A stretch of 64,000 bases of DNA from Candidatus Heimdallarchaeota archaeon. GTDB lineage: Archaea; Asgardarchaeota; Heimdallarchaeia; JABLTI01. How positions within the stretch are numbered: position 1 is the stretch's first letter; each line of letters starts with the position of its first letter. A model generated the notes under the pieces. That model ran no database searches, was not told where the DNA came from, and saw only the letters and a list, made by a program, of their open reading frames with translations. Made by a program: the position numbers and the translations under genes. Shown piece after piece: positions 58,791 to 64,000 of this stretch. The stretch spans positions 256,001 to 320,000 of the forward strand of contig JABCTZ010000036.1 of NCBI GenBank assembly GCA_018238155.1. The letters run 5' to 3'.

Positions 58791-59681
58791 ATGAACAAAG
58801 TGGGACTCATCGCTGATTCATCCTGTGATTTACCATTAGAAATCATTGGACAATATGATATTGATATTGTACCTGTTTCAATGTATTTTCCTAAAGAAAC
58901 AAGGACGCAATATATTGATATTACAACAGAAGAATTCTTTGAAAAATTAGTAGACGAAGATTTACATTGTACCACTGGTGTACCTCCTCCAAAAAGATAC
59001 ATAACAGCAATAAATTCTGCTTTAAGTAAAAATGAACAAATAATTATGTTACATCTTTCAAAGGATTTGAGCGGAATCTGGTCTAGTGGAGTTGTTCATG
59101 CAAAAAACATTGCTCCTGAAAGAATAACTGTTGTAGATGTAAGAACAACAACCAATGCATTTGGGTTAGTTGTGCTAAAAGTGGCAAGATTGATCAAAGC
59201 AGGTTTTTCTAAAGAAAAAATTTTGCTTATTCTAAATAAAGAGATTATTCCTAATATTCAGTTAAGCGCTTTTGTTGGGACATTAAAATATTTAAAACGT
59301 TCAGGAAGAATTGCAAGCCTTCAACACATTCTCGGTGAAATTTTCAAATTTAAACCTTTAATAATAATTGAGGATGGTAAACTGGAGTCACCAACAAAAG
59401 TTCGAGGAGAAAAAGCTTCTTTTAAATTTTTGGAAAAATTGGGTCGAAAATTAACTCAAGTGTTGCCAGATAATGAAACGTTAGTTGTAATCCATTCTCG
59501 AAACATCTCGAGAGCAAAAGAATTAACAAATATATTGCGGACTTTGAACAAGAAAAGAATTGAAATTTTAACATGGGAAATCGGTCCAGCAATAGGAGTA
59601 CATGTTGGACCTGGTGCATTAGGATTAACTTGGGTGGGAAAACCTACAAATGAATTATTAGAAAAAAGAACAAAAAAGTAA
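58791..59681 (+). CDS. DegV family fatty-acid-binding protein (FakB-like)
   Basis: IADSSCDLP, HLSKDLSG, LKYLKRSGRI, FKPLI, KVRG, IGVHVGPGALG. Confidence 0.92.
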   Translation: MNKVGLIADSSCDLPLEIIGQYDIDIVPVSMYFPKETRTQYIDITTEEFFEKLVDEDLHCTTGVPPPKRYITAINSALSKNEQIIMLHLSKDLSGIWSSGVVHAKNIAPERITVVDVRTTTNAFGLVVLKVARLIKAGFSKEKILLILNKEIIPNIQLSAFVGTLKYLKRSGRIASLQHILGEIFKFKPLIIIEDGKLESPTKVRGEKASFKFLEKLGRKLTQVLPDNETLVVIHSRNISRAKELTNILRTLNKKRIEILTWEIGPAIGVHVGPGALGLTWVGKPTNELLEKRTKK

Positions 59682-59731
59682 AAACCTAAAAGAAGTGAAG
59701 AATAGAATAAGAAAATTGGAATTCGTCCTGA

Positions 59732-60709
59732 TTAGATCGTTGATTTGATATATCGCTGAATTTCCTTTATTACATTTTGTTTCTCAGGTCCAAAAAGAAT
59801 CGTGTGATGGCTATCTGGAGCAAAAAAATCTTCTTTGATTTTACTATTCACTTGGTTGCGGATTTTTTCTGCATTGTATAAAGGAACACGGGCATCTTTA
59901 CCTGCAGTAATAGTTAGTATAGGTGCAGTTACTTTATGAATTTCCTCTCGAGCAATTTCCATTAATTCAAGAAGATTTTCAACTGCTTTGAGTGAAGAAA
60001 TGCGATAATTGAGCATTTTGTGTTTTTCCATCAAAGCAACTTCCTCTTTTCTTCGGGGAAAATATTTCAGTAAATCAGCAATTAAAAAAATATAATCTTG
60101 CATGAAATATTCAACTTTCACAGGAGCACACATAGTAACAATTGCATCAACAGGTTCGTTTGCAGCTAAAAGAAGTGACAAAGTTGCTCCCATCGAGTGA
60201 CCTACTAGAATAATCTTTGAACAAACCCGTTTCAGAAGATCATATCCCTCTTTAAATGACTTGTACCAATCTATCATATCAGTTTGTGCAAGATCTCCCG
60301 GGCTTGTTCCGTGACCTGCTAATAGCACTGCAAAGGTTGTGTATCCATTTTCTTTATTTAGGATCTGACCTAATTCTTCCATTTCTTGTGCAGTTGAACT
60401 AAAACCATGAGAAAGTAAAACACCAATTTCATTTCCTTGATTAAAAAATGGCCCTGCATTGTCACGCACACTACGTTCAACTTTGCTTGGGGCAAGATTA
60501 TCAATTACTGCAAATATAGATTGCATAGATGATGATGACGAAAAAGAGGAACTAGCATCTTTTCTTAAGAAATTGATAGTGAACGAATTAAACCAAGAAA
60601 ACATTTCTTTGTACGGAGATAGTACTTGCAAAGCGATTTCTCGATAGGAGATGTTTTTCTTCTTTTCTTTTGTTCCTTTAGTTTCTGCTAAAGATTGTTT
60701 TGAACTCAT
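59732..60709 (-). CDS. Carboxylesterase/monoacylglycerol lipase-like alpha/beta hydrolase
   Basis: GVLLSHGF, LAGHGT, GHSMG, D.RVP, SHH. Confidence 0.88.
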   Translation of the reverse strand: MSSKQSLAETKGTKEKKKNISYREIALQVLSPYKEMFSWFNSFTINFLRKDASSSFSSSSSMQSIFAVIDNLAPSKVERSVRDNAGPFFNQGNEIGVLLSHGFSSTAQEMEELGQILNKENGYTTFAVLLAGHGTSPGDLAQTDMIDWYKSFKEGYDLLKRVCSKIILVGHSMGATLSLLLAANEPVDAIVTMCAPVKVEYFMQDYIFLIADLLKYFPRRKEEVALMEKHKMLNYRISSLKAVENLLELMEIAREEIHKVTAPILTITAGKDARVPLYNAEKIRNQVNSKIKEDFFAPDSHHTILFGPEKQNVIKEIQRYIKSTI

Positions 60710-60735
60710 TTAATTAACACCAACAAAAAAATAAG

Positions 60736-61287
60736 TCATTTTTCTTGATCCGATTGTTCATCCATTTCTTGCTGCTTCATTTCTTCGACAGCCTTTCTGA
60801 ATTTATCAATTGGTTTATCCTTCTTGCGACCAAATTTAGTGACAATGGGAATTAATACTCCAAAAGTTAGTAAAGCTGCGATTGGAATTGTTGCCCAATC
60901 TAATTTTAATAAACCATTATTTGATGGAAAAGCTAAATCAAGTGCTAACAGAAGAACACTTGTACCTACCATCAATATTGGTCCAATAATCCAAGCAATT
61001 TCAGGTCGTTTGAAGATAATGAAGCTAACAACATATGCAAAAATTAATCCTCCAATTGGCCACCAAGCCCAATCGATATATAAAAAGGAATTATTTGGTA
61101 AAGTTACTATATCAATTACCAGTAAGAAAATACAAATTAAGACAATATTTAGTGGAGTTACCCACCATTTAAATTTTGGAATTCTATCCCAAAGTGTTCT
61201 TCTTCTTGAAGAACCTTCAATTGTTTCTTCTTTGCTTTGAAAAGAATTTTCCTCAATCTTGGGAGCTTTTGTATTCTTGTTGTTCAC
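60736..61287 (-). CDS. Hypothetical 4-TM protein with internal duplication
   Basis: LLVIDIVTLPNNSFLYIDWAWWPI is repeated as LLALDLAFPSNNGLLKLDWATIPI. Confidence 0.65.
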   Translation of the reverse strand: MNNKNTKAPKIEENSFQSKEETIEGSSRRRTLWDRIPKFKWWVTPLNIVLICIFLLVIDIVTLPNNSFLYIDWAWWPIGGLIFAYVVSFIIFKRPEIAWIIGPILMVGTSVLLLALDLAFPSNNGLLKLDWATIPIAALLTFGVLIPIVTKFGRKKDKPIDKFRKAVEEMKQQEMDEQSDQEK

Positions 61288-61404
61288 AGTTGTTTCTTCC
61301 TTCTTGTGAAAAGTTTACCACTAGCTATTTATTTGTTTAGAAATAAAAGTCTAATTAATTGTTTCTGAATAAAGAAAAAAATTGCTAAACAAGTTAAAAA
61401 GAAA

Positions 61405-61785
61405 TTAAAATTCAATGATGTAACGACTAAATTTCAAAAACCACCCTTCGTCATTTAAAAGCTCTGAATGAAGTCCTTCGCTCAAAGTAACAATATTTGT
61501 TCCATCAACTGAAATTTCAATATCCTTTGTTGTTTCATAATTCTCTTCCAAGGCAAAGAGAAAATCATGAATAGCAGTATCAATTCCTGCAACAAAACTC
61601 TTACGGATTGTTTCTCTTTGTTCAGAAGAGAACTCCTTCAAATCTTTCTGTATTTTCTGTAACGCAGAAGGTTTCCAGTAACCTATCAATAGTTTGTCGA
61701 AGAAATCTATTGCACTATCTCTCAAATTGCTTACTAGAAATTCGCCAAATTTATCTAATATAACTTCAGAACTCATTGTACTCAA
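61405..61785 (-). CDS. Hypothetical protein
   Basis: 126-aa ORF with conserved-looking D.AIHDFLF and SEGLH.EL...EGW...FS segments. Confidence 0.65.
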   Translation of the reverse strand: MSTMSSEVILDKFGEFLVSNLRDSAIDFFDKLLIGYWKPSALQKIQKDLKEFSSEQRETIRKSFVAGIDTAIHDFLFALEENYETTKDIEISVDGTNIVTLSEGLHSELLNDEGWFLKFSRYIIEF

Positions 61786-62043
61786 TTAAGAGTCATTTAT
61801 TGCCTATTTTAAATTCTTATTATCATTAAAATAGTACTCACATACTCTTAAGATAGGTAGTGATTGCTAGTCCTCCATAGTACATATTTGCTTTTATTGG
61901 TTGTTTTCTAGGTGTAATCATTAAATACAAAGCACAGAGTGGAGCAAATTTCAAAGTGCATCTTTTAGATTGGATTAAAAAGAGTCGTAAAATTCATTGA
62001 GGTTATCCGTGAGTTTTTTTTCCTGATTTTGTAAAATGGATTT

Positions 62044-63702
62044 TTACTCTTCAACTGAGAGAGCTAATCCATCTTTGTTTATTTTTCCATCTTTAAGATC
62101 AATAACTCGAGTGCCATCTCTAACTAAATTGATATCATGAGTTGTAATTAATAGAGTTACTTTGAAATTTCTATGCAATTCGTAAAGTTGATCCATAACA
62201 GTATCTGCAAGTTCAGAATCCATATTTGCAGTGGGTTCATCTAAAATGAGTATCCTTGGCGAACCAAATTGAGCAATAGCTAGAGAGGCTCTTTGTAATT
62301 CCCCTCCAGATATTTCTAATGGAAATGAATTTTTCCTGTGAGTGATTTGAAACTGATTAAATATGTTAGTAATCTCATTTTCAGGATAGTTATTTACTTG
62401 AATTGTTTTTCCGGCTAAAATATCTTTAACAAATAAGTTCTCTTGTACAGTCATAAATGGATGAAGTCCTCCTTGTTGAGAAACGATGCCAATATTGTTT
62501 CGTCTGAAATTTGCTCTAGCTGTATCATTGAGATTATGTAGAGGTTGGTTCAGAACGTTTACTTCACCTTCACTACTGTTAACCATGCCCGTTAGAAGTT
62601 TTATCAGCGTTGTTTTTCCAGAACCACTTGGACCAATTATGAAAGCAAATTCACCTTTAGGAATATCTAAATTAACATTAGAAATTGCTGCAACTTGAAC
62701 ATTCTTTGCCTCATAAATTTTCGACGCATTTTGGATATTGATATCAAGTTCTTTCTTCTCAAAATATTTTTCTGGTAGAGGAGCAATTTTAAGAGCTTTC
62801 TTCTTTTGCATCTCTTTTATCTCAATTCTCTTGGGAGGAATACCATCAGGGTGTTTAATAACCACTTTTGATTCTTCTGAAATCTCGAATTTCAAATTGT
62901 TACCTAGTTTCATCAATTTGAATATCTCATTAGGCAATCGTACATTTTGAGAAGAGTCTATTTGTGCGTTGAATTCCAAAGGGAAATGTTGTTTCTCAAA
63001 TTTGAAATCACCATCGGCACTAAATAAAGAGCTCACACGACCACTATGCATTTCACAGGTTTTATCAACGCCTTTTAAGAATCTTAAATCATGAGTAACT
63101 ACCAATACTGTGGTTTGATACTCTCGAGAGATTTCTCTCAGGATATCTTTAACTATTTGAGTATTGACACTGTCTAATTGACCAGTAGGTTCGTCACACA
63201 ACAGTAGGGGTGCATTTTTAGCAAGAATACAACCAATTGCTGTTCGAATCATTTCTCCACCTGACAAGAAACTAACACGTCTATTCGCTAGTTTGGACAT
63301 TTGTAATTTTTCTAGTATTTCTTTGTTTCTCCTTTTGTTTTCCGAGATATTCTTTGAACACAGACCGGCTGCAAACATTAGATTATCCATCACTGTTCCT
63401 GAAAGAAATAAAGTACGTTCTGGAAATTGATGAACCAAACCAACTGTGTTTAATCTATATGCTAACAATTCATCAAGAGTCATCTTTCCGAGTTGATACT
63501 CACCGATTCTCACTTCTCCACTTGAAATTGCTTCCATACCAGCGAAGATTTTGATTAAAGTAGATTTTCCAGAACCACTCGGACCAATTATTGATACAAG
63601 CTCGCCTTTCTTTATACGAAGATCTATTCCTCTTAAAGCAGCTACTCGAGTTTTTGTCTCTGGATCGGCATAAATCTTTATAACATCATTGCATTCAATC
63701 AC
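62044..63702 (-). CDS. ABC exporter ATP-binding protein: two LolD/MacB-type NBDs joined by an AbrB-like domain
   Basis: Two full sets of Walker A, signature, Walker B and H-loop motifs; linker AQIDSSQNVRLPNEI...LKFEI. Confidence 0.88.
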   Translation of the reverse strand: MIECNDVIKIYADPETKTRVAALRGIDLRIKKGELVSIIGPSGSGKSTLIKIFAGMEAISSGEVRIGEYQLGKMTLDELLAYRLNTVGLVHQFPERTLFLSGTVMDNLMFAAGLCSKNISENKRRNKEILEKLQMSKLANRRVSFLSGGEMIRTAIGCILAKNAPLLLCDEPTGQLDSVNTQIVKDILREISREYQTTVLVVTHDLRFLKGVDKTCEMHSGRVSSLFSADGDFKFEKQHFPLEFNAQIDSSQNVRLPNEIFKLMKLGNNLKFEISEESKVVIKHPDGIPPKRIEIKEMQKKKALKIAPLPEKYFEKKELDINIQNASKIYEAKNVQVAAISNVNLDIPKGEFAFIIGPSGSGKTTLIKLLTGMVNSSEGEVNVLNQPLHNLNDTARANFRRNNIGIVSQQGGLHPFMTVQENLFVKDILAGKTIQVNNYPENEITNIFNQFQITHRKNSFPLEISGGELQRASLAIAQFGSPRILILDEPTANMDSELADTVMDQLYELHRNFKVTLLITTHDINLVRDGTRVIDLKDGKINKDGLALSVEE

Positions 63703-63708
63703 TTTTCT

Positions 63709-63999
63709 TCACTCCTGCTTAACAGGTTTATACCTGTAGATTTTTGGTATAATCGCTAGTAGGAATCCTAGAGTAGAAATTGTTAAACCTACTAAAATAG
63801 CCACTAATACAAACCAGAATGCGATTCCTGGTTTATATGGATAAAATTCCTCTCTAATATTCAAGAATAATAGTGCAATTGGTCTTATTAACGGCAAAGA
63901 GAGTAAAATAGCAGAAATCATTGGTAATGCATTGATCAGAAGATACTCGAAAGTGAAAATACCTATCATCTGTTTTCTAATTGCACCAACACGATAAAA
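63709..63999 (-). CDS. FtsX-like ABC permease, C-terminal part (truncated by the window edge)
   Basis: Frame open to the edge: FYRVGAIRKQMIGIFTFE, then 2 TM helices; lies directly upstream of the ABC ATPase. Confidence 0.75.
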   Translation of the reverse strand, partial: FYRVGAIRKQMIGIFTFEYLLINALPMISAILLSLPLIRPIALLFLNIREEFYPYKPGIAFWFVLVAILVGLTISTLGFLLAIIPKIYRYKPVKQE

Positions 64000-64000
64000 T

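Noticed and set aside
61786-62043. Possible ncRNA or small ORF in the 258-nt intergenic region
   Set aside because: Only very short ORFs (under 30 aa) and no convincing tRNA or stable structure seen by eye.

Overview
A 64-kb, AT-rich, gene-dense chromosomal window from an archaeon, very probably an Asgard archaeon (Heimdallarchaeia-like). The assignment is inferred from archaeal housekeeping genes (Kae1, type II MetAP, prefoldin beta/DUF3194/DHH, RadA family) together with eukaryotic-signature proteins (one Arf-like and two Rab-like GTPases, a longin/DENN-like protein). Main blocks: (i) 5.0-15.5 kb, a 12-gene membrane-bound group 4 [NiFe]-hydrogenase operon in complex I order (nuoA-B-C-D-H-I-J/J'-K-L-M-N), with intact Ni-binding motifs and no NADH/F420 input module; (ii) 15.5-24 kb, surface and glycosylation genes, a bactofilin-like protein, a 7TM protein and an AN1-finger pseudo-protease; (iii) 31-38 kb, a RadA paralogue, t6A genes and a co-directional longin-wHTH-DENN / two coiled-coil-wHTH / Arf GTPase cluster; (iv) 38-41 kb, an EcfT-MobB-Moco-fold surface protein-ECF S component operon, a candidate molybdenum/tungsten-cofactor scavenging system; (v) 44-52 kb, Rab-like GTPases (one fused to a thioredoxin fold), an ECF energising module and a conserved archaeal core block; (vi) 52-64 kb, accessory genes (tandem zinc-ribbon membrane paralogues, lipid/acyl-handling enzymes, an ABC exporter). 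I found no rRNA, tRNA, CRISPR array or transposase. All family calls come from motif recognition by eye, not database searches.
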